From NCBI GenBank assembly GCA_964016885.1, contig OZ024743.1:313844001-313908000 (forward strand): 64,000 nt of DNA. Direction: 5' to 3'. Source of the DNA: Eledone cirrhosa (taxonomy: Eukaryota). The translations under genes and the position numbers were made by a program. This document shows positions 25,711 to 37,820 of this stretch, in pieces (within the stretch, counting starts at the first letter, position 1; every line of letters begins with the position of its first letter). The notes beneath the pieces are model-generated. The model saw only the letters and a program-made list of their open reading frames with translations. It ran no database searches and had not been told where the DNA came from.

Positions 25711-27611
25711 AAATATTATGCAAATACGACCTTACCGGTGAAACACAGGCTTCACCATAGTTGATGAAATACTGAGTGGAAAATCCCTACGTACAGGGTA
25801 CAGTTATGTACACTGATTCATATAGAAATACAGACATGTTGAAGAATTAATTATAGTTACGTATATCTTGTGCAGGAATCATGTATTTGTGCCTCCGGAC
25901 TTGCATGCGGTACTTCTAATTTATGTGGCTCATATGCGCTTGGAAATTTTTTTATTTTATTTGTAAAATCCGTAAACTTATATTATTCGGGGAAATTCAC
26001 ATAAGCTTCAAAGTCTAAAATCGCAATGCGTAAGTTCAGTTCATGTTTACTTGTATGTATTTTTGTTTATAGTATAATTGTGGTTTCGATAAACAATTTT
26101 TTTTTTTAGTAATAAATAATCCATCAGATTGAACAGGTTTCCCAGCCATGCTCTAGGGGAAACTTTGATGTGAAAGTCGCGACTGTTTTTGCTTATATAT
26201 TTATATATATCAATTTTAACCTACTGTTGATCTCCACTGAGGCTCGTGACATTTATGGACTTTAATATCTAAACTAGAATAAAGTAAGAAGCGCAGGACT
26301 GCGTAGGGTTTATCATTTTTTATCCCATTAGTAAAATAAGTTGGATTACTTTGAATAAATAATGAATGAATATTACATAATTTATCTACTAAATTTCGTG
26401 GCTGTTCATTAAATATATTTTATTATTTATTTAAAGATTCACTTCTTTAACATTTTCAAATGTCAACACTTCCGGTGGCGATCGCTTAAATAAACATTAA
26501 TTTTCTCTTAATGAAGTTTATATATAATATCGTCTTTTTTAAATGTATCATGGATTACGTTACTGATTATATGAGACAGTGTAACACAGTCTTCGTTCAA
26601 TTTCTGTGTATATTGTCAATTACGATTTTATTTGACGTATCATATCTACATGTATATATACTTGCGTATAATATCAATATACACACTACACATGCTAGCA
26701 GAAAACCACCCGAAGGGTGGTTTTTCTGTTGATGAGGATAATTTCTCATGTAATACGTAATAAAAAGGGAATAAATTAAGAAAGATATTTCACTAATATC
26801 ATAAATAATGTTGGGTTTACCGAATAAGAGACATAAGAATCAACAAGGAAATTTTAAATAATTAGATATAAAGTTTAGATGAATTGGCAATAGTTTCTAA
26901 ATAAGTTTATTTCTCGTATTATTTTAGTAGGCATGAATTTGAAAAAATATAATCTTATGCCCTTATTCAATGATTTAGTGATGGTGCACGGCCTTCAATT
27001 GGGGGTAACCACAGTAAGTAAGGAACTCAATACATAGCAGAGTATAAATATTTAATATAGAAATGGCTTCTACATGCCTAGAACTGTGTCATTCGGTAGA
27101 AATCATCATTTTACTTGGACTGTCGGCTTCCTGAATATTTCTCCCGAATGAAGCAGTTCTAGTCTTGTAGAAGCCATTTATATATATATATATATATATA
27201 TGGTGGCTGCCAACTCGTTTTCGAGTACGGCCACTATCTTATATCCATGTAGGAGTACTCCTAACGATGCGCTGAACGAGTGTGACTTTTTAGTCCAGCC
27301 AGCGACTTGAAAACTCTGGTACAAACACTACACTTGTGACAATTATTGACACATAGGGCTGGGTCCATGGTACCATGTGACGACAAGTGCAGAGAGATCT
27401 CCAGATATAAAGCAATGCCTGTGCCGTGAAGCTTTTATAGTGAGCAAAGGCACTACACAAAGCCAGTCCCACTCTCTTAACCAAGATTATATTTACCAAA
27501 AAGAAGAACATGTCAACATCATTGGATACCATCAGAGTTGCAGGTGTTATATCAGAGTTTTCCTTCTCCTATAATTCTGGCTTGACAAAGGCTAAGGTTT
27601 CATCTCTCCCG

Positions 27612-27816
<205 letters not shown>

Positions 27817-28359
27817 ATATGATTTCAGAATGTTTAGCGTGTGGTAATGCGTTGTATTCGTATTCAATAATTCAATAATATAGTTTATGGCGAATTTCAT
27901 TATTTTATGAGATAGCATCTGTTGTTAAAGGTTACATCCGTTAAAGGTTAAATTATTTCTACCTTAAAAAGACATTTCAGTCTTAATGTTGCTGATAATG
28001 TAGTACTATCAATCATCCTTTGGCATATCGTATACTGATTCTTTGCTATGACATGAGGTCGTGGATGTATCAGGTAGAATGGAGTCTATTGGATTGACCT
28101 TCCGATGCTATAACAACTTTATAATGGGGACTGTTTAGCCCTAATGCAATCCTGATCAAGCAGTTCTGTGGCATTCTATCTATGATCATCCTATATTCTG
28201 AAGTATTGTTGAATGTATGTATAGACCGTAACTGCTGAAAGAGTCGTAGGGGCACTGTATTGACATACGGCGTTTCTTGGTCATTTTATGCCTGTCCTCC
28301 AGAGAAGTATTGAGAGTAGGAAAGCGAGAAGGATATATTGAGGAAGGATCGATCCAGGA

Positions 28360-28505
28360 CTGGACTTGTACCATTTTTTTATCGATCTCGAAATGATTAA
28401 AGGCAAAGTTGACCTCTGCGGAAATTGAACTCAGAGTGCAGAGATCCGGAACGAATATCGCAAACAATTTATCCGATGTTCGAACGATACTAACAATTCG
28501 TCGCC
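28360..28505 (-). mobile_element. Decayed SINE (same family; also ~31570-31780 -, 60060-60215 -, 61000-61145 -, 61147-61390 +)
   Basis: AAAGGCAAAGTTGACCTC..GAACTCAGA is the reverse complement of the SINE core. Confidence 0.6.
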
Positions 28506-28799
28506 TGGTTTTTGGCGTAGGACTACACAATAAAAAGTACCTCCTTATAATTGATATAGCTGTTAGCTAGATACATGACTACTATCTTCAGCAGGTTTAT
28601 ATTACCACATATAGATACTCTCGATATCTCATCCTCCTTACAACATCAACTTTGAAAGGAGGATACAGCAAGTGACGTGTGCCGGTGTGTGTGTGTGTGC
28701 CTATGTGCGTGTGCACGCGCGTTTAAATGCGTGTGTATGTGTGTGCATGCACGCGTGTAAGATGCATTGTTTTGATTACTTGGAAGCAGGCAATTACAA

Positions 28800-29065
28800 C
28801 TGTGGCATTGCAAGTGACCCAGCATTTTAATAAGCTGCCAAATACTCTGAGAGATCTTCCTGTAGATGTTTTCAAGAGACATTCGACATTCTGCTGAACA
28901 AGATCCTGGAGGAAACCACAGAACGGGGCGAAGCACACATAAGAGCGACAACAACAAACTCCCTTTTACATCATTGGCCAAGCAAGGAAACCTGGCTGCA
29001 GAAAGTATAGTATCAGTGGTGTTGCCACCGATAGCCCCAGACTATCGGCTGAAATACGTAACAGA
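28800..29065 (+). mobile_element. Decayed 3' end of a CR1/L2-type LINE
   Basis: Translation PQHFNKLPNTLRDLPVDVFKR...RATTTNSLLH resembles CR1/L2 ORF2 C-termini. Confidence 0.5.
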
Positions 29066-29793
29066 GTAATATATCAACACAGATATAAAATAATTGACAC
29101 TATAGCCACTATAGAATGAGAAAGTGCTTCTAATTGAACTATGAACGTGAAAGAGATATATTATAGTGATTAGACTGAAATGTATTATTATAATAGTTAT
29201 AATAGCTTTACAATGATAGAGGCTTCAGTAGCAGAGGCGCTGCATTGAGAGAGAACTACTATATAATCTTCAAGTACCAAACGAAAGTAAAAATTACTCT
29301 AATGGTTCAGCCTTAATGCTTCAATTCCCTTCCGAACTTCAGTTGAAAGAAAGGTATATTTTATCGATTAGAAGTTAATTCCAAATGATAATAGTGAGTT
29401 CTCTCCCTGGCGATAATCAAATGCAATCAGAGGAATATTACATTAAAGCAATTAATGTAATCATTCGAGCGATACCTACTTTTCTCATTGATTTATATAT
29501 ATTAAGTCCCAGGAAATATTTAATTAAATGTGTTATTAAATTGTATCATCATTTCTCTTCAGTGTTCATGTGTGTGTGTGATGTAATAGTTCATTAGACA
29601 TTTGTATGATGTGTACATGTATATGAAGACACGCACAAATACACCATATTCTTTCGCACACAAGCATACAAACACAAACACATATATACATACACACATA
29701 CATAGTGTGAAACTAATAAGATACCGAAATTGTATATCTGTATTTTTTATTCTTAAACACACACTCACACATATATGTCTCTCTCTCCTCTCT

Positions 29794-29841
<48 letters not shown>

Positions 29842-29845
<4 letters not shown>

Positions 29846-30038
29846 AAAAAGTATGACCCCAACGGCAGAGCTCAAGCCGTTTCGACGGCTATTTCTGGAC
29901 TCCAGAAATAGCCGTCGAAACGGCTTGAGCTCTGCCGTCGGGATCATACTTTTTCCTATTTCCCACTCTACTACTCTAAGTATTGAGTACTCTGGTGCGT
30001 TATGGTCCATCTGGTTCCTTACCACATTTCCTTTGTTA
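29842..30038 (+). mobile_element. Mini hairpin insertion, family A subfamily
   Basis: Palindrome 29842-29957 centred near 29900, an ~80-bp tail, and (TA)n flanks. Confidence 0.9.
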
Positions 30039-30100
30039 TATATATATATATATATATATATGTCCCTCTCTCACTTAAATGTATGTGTATATATATGTGT

Positions 30101-30170
<70 letters not shown>

Positions 30171-31818
30171 ATTTATACGCGTGTATGTGATTTGTTCTAT
30201 AATCATATGGTTTTAAATGATCAATTCCTAATCATGTATTGCACAATCGATCATTGATAAGGTCGCGTCCCACTTTCGATCTTAGGTTAAATTCCTTTTG
30301 CTCTTTTCTACATGCATTTGTACTTTAAGAAATAACTGTCACAATTACTATAGCTGTGATTTGGAGAGTTTTACTACACAGAAGGACTGAATGGTTACAA
30401 ATTGTGGCTTTGCTATAATAAGTGCTTGCGTTCCATCCTATTACATTTATCTTGTGCTGCATCTTTTTTATACACATCTGTCTGGTGGACTGTACCTCTA
30501 TCGCAAATAAGCAGCTTTGTCTCATACTCCATGTGACGATGCGTGTCCTTCAGAATTAGACAACGAGCCCAGTGTCTGTAGAATATTCAGGACATCACCC
30601 TTAATCGAACACTGCAGCATTCATTGTCGAAAGTGATGAGTGGTGGAGGTCCATTTGAGAAGATAAGCGAATTCCAGGTCGTGTCCGGCCGCTTTCTTTT
30701 TGTATCGGTTGCCGTCGACACATCAGGCGTCCTTGGATCCATACAGTTGGCCTCCTCATTAAAATTTGAATGACAGCAACCCGTCTGGGGAAGGAACCCT
30801 GCGAGGTGTGGTGCCTGTTGCAGAGGATGTTGCTGGACATTGTCCGCGGAAAATGTCTTAGCCATTTTTTCCGCGGGGCGCAGGCGAAACCGCAATTTGA
30901 CTTAGAATATTTTAAACCATCACCTTTCCACTTTTTTCGTTGCTGAATAATACTTGCCATTTTCCCCTTTTCCTCTTATTTGTAACCTTGTGCAATGTTA
31001 CATTATTTTTCTTTATCTTTGACTAATTATTAAATTCTTTATTAGTTTTTATGTAATTGAAAATTTAGATTTTTCTAATAACATTTGTAAATTCATTTAT
31101 GGATTATATGCTGAGTAGCTATCATAAGTACAGTCCTTATTTAGATCATGGTATATATCTTATTGTTCGTTCTAGTACATTTGCAATGAGATTTTATTTG
31201 AGGCTCGACGCAATGTAGCAAATCCATGTTTTTTTACTGACAAAACCATGAGAATTTTCAGTACCTGAGAATCGACTTCGTTTCTAAACTCATCAGGTGT
31301 CTGAAACTTACGATAATATTCTCGCTTGGTTTTTGGTGTAATATGTTCCTAAAGATATATGAGAGTTTATTATATATACCTGAAATAATATTAACGGAAT
31401 TAAATACTTTGAAAGAGACGGTCCCCCATATAGAGCAGTATTAAAATGATATTTAGAACTTATTCACCCTTTCCGGCACTTTCACGAAAACGATGACATA
31501 CTGACTATCAAGTGTATCTTGGCGTACACAAGAGTAACCCTATAAAATATTTGTTGCTCTATAATATTATGATTATGATAATGGTTTCTGATTTAGACAC
31601 AAGGCCAGCAATTTTGAGGGGTGATGTTCGATTAAATAGACACCAGTGCGTGACTGGTACATTCGAACCTATAAGGGGGAAAGGCAAAGCTAACCTCGGC
31701 GGGATTTGAGTTCAGAAAGTAAAGGGATGTAGCTCTGTACCGTAAAAGAAGTTGTCCAACGCTCTACCGATACTGCCAAATCTTTTCAAATACTTCTTAC
31801 AATACTTTGGGAACGATG

Positions 31819-31903
<85 letters not shown>

Positions 31904-31941
31904 TGTCTGTATGTATCTATATCTATCTATCTATCTATATA

Positions 31942-33197
31942 TAAGCCACAGGGAACAACCCAGGCGGAGCAGACACCATGATAGCCTAGAGATAGAATCG
32001 GACACAGCCATAATAATTTGGCCAACATCTATAACACAAACACTTTTAATTTACCAGATTTCTGACTTTCAAGTTCCAATCTTAAATCTTGATTTCTCTT
32101 TATTAATTTGTTATTTGTTTTCTGCCCTCTTCACTGTATCACCTTATATTTATTTTAAGTTGAGATGGATTATAACACAAACACATTTAGTTTGAATATC
32201 TCATCTTAACATCTTGTCTCATACCAATCTATCCAACATATTCTGACCTTGAGATTGGTTATAGCACACACACACACACTTTATCCTACATTATTTCTCA
32301 CTTCTCCATATTCATTTTCATTACTTTTTCACCAATCTCTCATTTATTCTATATTCTCTATTTATTTATTTATTTTCAAATTACACAAATTATATTAATT
32401 ATTTTATTATATTATTTATTTATTTTCTGTTTTCTTCATTTATTGCCTTATATTTCTTCATATACATGGAAGATCCCCCCCACCACCACCACTACGATGG
32501 TGGCAGGAGGGATGAAGAAAAAACACAAACTGGATACTTCTAAATTGTTAGCAGCAGCAAGATATAAGCTGACCACTACACCAACAACAGTACCAAAATA
32601 ATGGTGGAGGTCAAATGTACTGAACAATAGCAGGCAAAAACACTACAGGGAGCCCAGAAATAATTCTATAGACATCTGATTGAGGAATGCTCTCAAAACT
32701 GACCAATGGGAAGTTTGACACTTTTTTTGTTATTTTGTTCCTTTAAAACCTTGTTCCTTCTACCATTTTATCAATTTTTAAGTTAACTCCAACAATAACA
32801 ACACTTGGAATGAGGAATGTTCTAATAACTGACCAATGAGTGGAGAAGGGGACCTTTGACACTGAAATTCGTTTGTTTGAATTCATATGACTCCAGTTCC
32901 TCAGTGAATTAACAACCCAACAAGGAACTGGGCATATCAGAGTATTGACAATATTATACACCTAAACAACATATGTACTTGTCTATACCATACTAATTCA
33001 AACTGCCTGAAGAGGTCACAGCCAAAGATGGCTGTCACTGAAATATATATAGCAGTAATAAACGAAGCTAAATTTTAATCATTTGACTTTTATTTAACTT
33101 TATTTTACACTACTCCGGAGTAACCAAACCAACCTGCGCACCTCGTCGAGTGCTCCAGCCTGCATACTGAGGTGTTGGTATACAACCAACATAAACT
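31942..33197 (+). mobile_element. Non-coding PLE-type 3' segment with a canonical HHR
   Basis: Starts after a TA tract. HHR plus AATAAA lie ~140 bp before the end. Boundaries are approximate. Confidence 0.6.
33002..33056 (+). ncRNA. Canonical-core minimal type I hammerhead ribozyme
   Basis: ACUGC CUGAAGA GGUcACAGCCA aaga UGGCUGUcACU GAAA UAUAUA UA GCAGU, followed by AATAAA. Confidence 0.92.
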
Positions 33198-33257
33198 AAA
33201 AAAAATAAATAAAAATAAATAAATAAAAAATATATATATATATATATAAGTATGTAT

Positions 33258-34040
33258 CTTAGTCCTATATTAGTTCCTCCAGTCCCTTGTGGGACATTGG
33301 GCGACGAGCTTCCTCCACTTGATCCTGTCACTGGTGGCCCCTCTAGCACCTCTACAGCTAATTCCCATCTCCGGCAGGTGCTACCTGAATGTGCTCCGCC
33401 ATGTTTTTCGTGGTCTTCCCCGTTCTCTCCTGCCACCTTCTGGTACCCAATCCATGGCAATATGAGCAGGTCGATCTGTCGGCAAACGAAGGATGTGGCC
33501 CGCGAACCGCCGTCTCCTTTTCCGGACAATGTCCCTTAACCTCTCCAATCGTGACCTCCTCATCACTTCCTCGTTGCTAACTTGGTCTCTCCATGAAAAT
33601 TTCAATATGATCCGAGTGCAACGACGGTGGAATACATCAAGCTTGTTACATACACTTTCCGTACTCTTCCATGTCTCACAGGCATATATCGCTGTTGGTA
33701 CTACAATGGACATGTAAACACGGAATTTGACAGCGTTGCCGATGGAACCCCTGGACCATACCGGACGGAGTCGCTGGAAGACCGCCGCTGCTTTTCCCAG
33801 CCTTGTGCGCACATCCACCTCAGCATCCCCATCGTCAGAGATGTTGCTGCCAAGGTATTAGAAGTGGTTTACACATTCAATGTTACGCTGACGAACCCTG
33901 ATGGGAGGATTTGGAGGGTCACCTGTCGACGTAGTCTTGGTTTTTTCACAACTGATGCGCAGACCAACTTTCTCTGCATTGTCATTTAGAACGTTTGTCA
34001 TCTCTTGCAGGTATTCTCGGGAATGGCCTATCACCTTCCA
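33258..34040 (-). mobile_element. RTE-clade LINE, 3' fragment (RT C-terminus)
   Basis: VGLRISCEKTK, RLGKAAAVF, YACETW, LDVFHRRC, RRRRFAGH, RGRPRKTW, and terminal LVAQCPTRDWRN*. Confidence 0.92.
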
Positions 34041-34059
34041 TCCCAATTGATGCCAAAAC

Positions 34060-34529
34060 TAACTCCGCCTTAGTCGGTCCCAAGCCCGGTTGAGAAAGGA
34101 GGAGGGTTGGGGCGTGGGGTTAGCAGCCCTACCCCCGTAAAAACTTTTCACCGCTACAGAAAGGACGAGAAATAACCATTTTGATAGCCAGCGGCGGAAA
34201 AGAGGAGACACGTCATCCCTGGATGCACCTATGACGGGGCCGGGTCAAAGCCGAAAGGAGGCCCGACCGCGGATAAGTCCTATCTTCAACGCCAAATCAA
34301 ACACAAGAGTAGACACCTGGAATGTCCGCACGCTCTTTCGGGACGGGCGGATGGAGCAGCTACTGAAGGAGATGAGAGAATATCGCCTTCACATCATGGG
34401 CATTAGTGAGACGAGTTGGACAGGACGAGGACGACTCGACAGCGGAGACATGACTATTCTCTACTCCAGTGATGATGACTACCATGTCCACTGAGTTGGT
34501 ATCATCCTCACCGGAGATGTATCACGGGC
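34060..34529 (+). mobile_element. RTE-clade LINE 5' UTR plus AP-endonuclease N-terminus, inverted relative to the 3' fragment
   Basis: GGTCCCAAGCCCGG..GGAGGAGGGTTGG..CCCGTAAAAAC 5' UTR motif, then TWNVRTL and IMGISETSWTG. Confidence 0.85.
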
Positions 34530-35056
34530 TAAGTATGCATACGTACATACATATATGTATACAGACGTACAGTAGTATATACATACATGCACACATATAT
34601 ATATGTACGTATGGATTTACCGAACATTTATAATAATGCTCGGTTTGTTTGGAAACAAACAGCCGAATTATTAGCCGTACAGTGTTCGGCAACCATAGTT
34701 GCCATGTTGTTCAACACTGACAAAGGAACGATGACAGGAAGGTATACGGTGCTGATGACAGCTAATAAGCTAGAAACTAGTTCATCTTTCCTTTGTCAGT
34801 GTTGAACAAAATGACAACGATCGTTGCCGAACACTGTACGGCTAATAATTCGGGCTGTTTGTTTACAAACAAACCGAGCATTATAATAAATGTTCGGTAA
34901 ACCCATACGTGCATATATATATATGATATATATATATATATATATATGTATATACATACTACTGTACGTCTGTATACATATATGTATGTACGTATACATA
35001 CTTATATTTAAGTATCAGCCGTACTAAGAGTGAGAAATGAAATTTCATTTTTTTCC

Positions 35057-35061
<5 letters not shown>
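34530..35061 (+). mobile_element. Family G hairpin copy with HHR
   Basis: Inverted arms 34530-34733 and 34783-35003, then a tail matching the reverse complement of 10688-10748. Confidence 0.85.
34748..34786 (+). ncRNA. Minimal type I hammerhead ribozyme of family G
   Basis: GGUG CUGAUGA cAGCU aaua AGCUa GAAA CUAG UU CAUC. Confidence 0.85.
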
Positions 35062-35115
<54 letters not shown>

Positions 35116-35119
<4 letters not shown>

Positions 35120-35299
35120 AAAATGTTTAACCCCGACGACAGACCTCAAGCCGTTTCGACGGCCATGAGAAATAGCCGTCGAAACAGTTTGAGTTCTGCC
35201 GTCGGGGTTAAACATTTTCCTATTACCCACTCTACTACACTGAATATTGAATACTATGGTGCGTTATGCTCCATCTGGTTCTTTACCACACTTCCTTCG

Positions 35300-35302
<3 letters not shown>
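35116..35302 (+). mobile_element. Mini hairpin insertion, family A subfamily
   Basis: Same arm and tail architecture as 29842-30038. Confidence 0.9.
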
Positions 35303-35380
<78 letters not shown>

Positions 35381-35681
35381 ATCCACTCGATTTCGAATAA
35401 TGCCATCGCTTGATACTTAAGCGTGAGCAGCAATGACGTGGCGTTTTAGACTTGCTAGGGACTTGCACACGCATGCAGTGTTGTATTATGTGGTATTTCC
35501 TTTTTCGATTGGCACGGGGCCAATCCCCGTTTCTGAACAACGAATGCATTTATCCAAAATGTACAACTGGTCTACACTATTGGGTGCAAACAAATCGCAG
35601 GTTTTATATCAGGGTGATCTTCTCCTAGAAAGATGCCTTCATGAAGACTAGGATAACCTCGCTCCACAAATAAATGTGTGT

Positions 35682-35682
35682 A

Positions 35683-35772
<90 letters not shown>

Positions 35773-35781
35773 ATCTATCTC
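35682..35781. repeat. (TATC)n microsatellite, left flank of the Tx1 array (right flank 47597-47670)
   Basis: Read directly from sequence. Confidence 0.95.
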
Positions 35782-35994
35782 TGGGATGGACACACGCGTA
35801 TAACTTGCTGAGTAAGTTCTGTTTAAATTTCTATAGAAATTCTTGTCTGATAACTTTAATTTTTGTACCATTTTGTAGAGGGACTGCCAGGTCAAACTTT
35901 GATCTGGTCAGTCTCTCAAAATATTCTACGCCTTTAGGCGAAATAGTTAAACAAAAAAAAGTTTTTTCTTGTTGAAAAGTCAATATTTTTTTAA

Positions 35995-37755
35995 ATGGCC
36001 GAAGCTTCTTCACCAAAATTCGAAGGAGGAAAGGGGAAGATGAACTTACAGCTTCCCCCTTCCACTGTCACAGTAGCAGAGGTCAAGAAGAAAGGTCAGC
36101 CAGAGGAAGAATTCTCTCCACCTGTTAACCGACAACTTGACGTTGCCATGGCAACAACCCAAAGAACCAGCAGCAACAGCAACAACAACAACAATGCGAC
36201 GGACGAAAACAACACCAATAACAATAACAATAACAACAACAACAAGACCAATAACGGTGACAACAACAACAATGATAACAACAACACCACCAACGACAAC
36301 AACAACACAAACAAACAAAATTTCTCCTTCGCCGAGACGACAAGGAAAACCCTCGACTATCTGCCAGTAGATGTAACAAAAGCGAAGGAGCTACTGGCGG
36401 ATGCGAAAAAATATATAGTGTACGGAGAAAATGGTTCATTCACAATCCATTCCCCCCCGGAACTAAAAAGCCAGAGACTCCTAAACACGGTCATGTTTAG
36501 GACAATCTCGAACAAAAGTAAAAAACCAGCTCAACCATCACAGAGCGAGATAGAGCTGGTGTTAAAAGACGTCATGAAGGACATCACCTTCATTCAGAAG
36601 GATAGACTCTACGGGAGTCTATCCATTCTCATGAAGGACAGGGACACAGCAGTGAAACTGTCCATCAAACCAATCACATCCACCGCATACACCTTCTACC
36701 CTACGTACATGGGTAGAAGAACACAAAAAATAAAAATCCACACCATCCTGCCGATTATGGACATATGGTGGGTTTTGACAGGTTTTCTGGACCTGGAGGA
36801 TGACATGCTGGTGTCCATGGGAAAGGCATCGGGTGACGCGTTCAGTGGAACGAGCCTCGAACTTGTAGTTCAAATGAGGCCCGAAAGGATCGCCCAGATC
36901 CCTGAACGCGTCATACTGGATGATCTAACCTTCATCAACATTACCGTTGAGGGTAGACGGCCCTCGGGTTACCTCTGCGGAACCAGAGGTCACCTGAGGG
37001 CTGTCTGTCCCCAACTTAATAAGAAAACCCCAATCCTGCCTACACCACCAACAACTGCACAACCAACACAATCACCACAACTACCACTACAAAAACAACC
37101 ACCACAGCTCAAACCAAAACAAAACAATGTCCAACCCATCCCCTCCACTCAAAAAACAAAAACAATTTCCAAAACACCCGTACCGCAAACACAACCCGAA
37201 AATATACCCCTCCCCTCCAACGCGGAAGATGACCCTAGTTCGTCGTCAGACGAGGAGGAGCACTTCCACACAATCAAAAGAAAAAAAAGAAAACACACCT
37301 CAGACACACAAATGAAAAAAAACCCTCCCCAAAACATAACACTGACACCAACACAAAAGAGCTCACAACAGCAAACAAAAAACACCACACAAAAACAAAA
37401 ACATGCATACACATACATAAATACAAGAAACAAAAAACTGTTAAACATTGTGTACAACAACAATCTAATAAAAACACAAGGGCCTAACTTCACCCAGGCA
37501 GGGGATTTCCCCCACCTCAAAATGATTAAGGCCCCACAGGACACCTATAAAACTTTAAAAAACAATTTTAAAGAGGACGTGGGTCCCCCCTGCGTCGGGC
37601 CCATTAACCGCGTCCTCCTAAAAAACTATCCCACCCCCTCCCCAAACACCCACACAACTCCAAGCTCCCCAACCACACAACACACTGATGCCCCCACACT
37701 TCCACAAACCACCACCCCACCCAACAACCCACCCAACAACCCACCCCCACCCTAA
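35995..37755 (+). CDS. LINE ORF1 protein (poly-Asn; zinc knuckle with first Cys mutated to Gly)
   Basis: 586-aa ORF. GYLCGTRGHLRAVC here versus CYLCGTRGHLRAVC in copy 2. Confidence 0.8.
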   Translation: MAEASSPKFEGGKGKMNLQLPPSTVTVAEVKKKGQPEEEFSPPVNRQLDVAMATTQRTSSNSNNNNNATDENNTNNNNNNNNNKTNNGDNNNNDNNNTTNDNNNTNKQNFSFAETTRKTLDYLPVDVTKAKELLADAKKYIVYGENGSFTIHSPPELKSQRLLNTVMFRTISNKSKKPAQPSQSEIELVLKDVMKDITFIQKDRLYGSLSILMKDRDTAVKLSIKPITSTAYTFYPTYMGRRTQKIKIHTILPIMDIWWVLTGFLDLEDDMLVSMGKASGDAFSGTSLELVVQMRPERIAQIPERVILDDLTFINITVEGRRPSGYLCGTRGHLRAVCPQLNKKTPILPTPPTTAQPTQSPQLPLQKQPPQLKPKQNNVQPIPSTQKTKTISKTPVPQTQPENIPLPSNAEDDPSSSSDEEEHFHTIKRKKRKHTSDTQMKKNPPQNITLTPTQKSSQQQTKNTTQKQKHAYTYINTRNKKLLNIVYNNNLIKTQGPNFTQAGDFPHLKMIKAPQDTYKTLKNNFKEDVGPPCVGPINRVLLKNYPTPSPNTHTTPSSPTTQHTDAPTLPQTTTPPNNPPNNPPPP

Positions 37756-37820
37756 TGGAAATTGTGCAGCCCGATACCCGGGACGCAGAGAGGTAAGTGC
37801 CTTTTCTCTTCACCACCAAC

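Noticed and set aside
26698-26730. Strong hairpin GAAAACCACCC-GAA-GGGTGGTTTTTC resembling a bacterial intrinsic terminator
   Set aside because: The context is eukaryotic with no upstream gene. It is an isolated hairpin of unknown origin.
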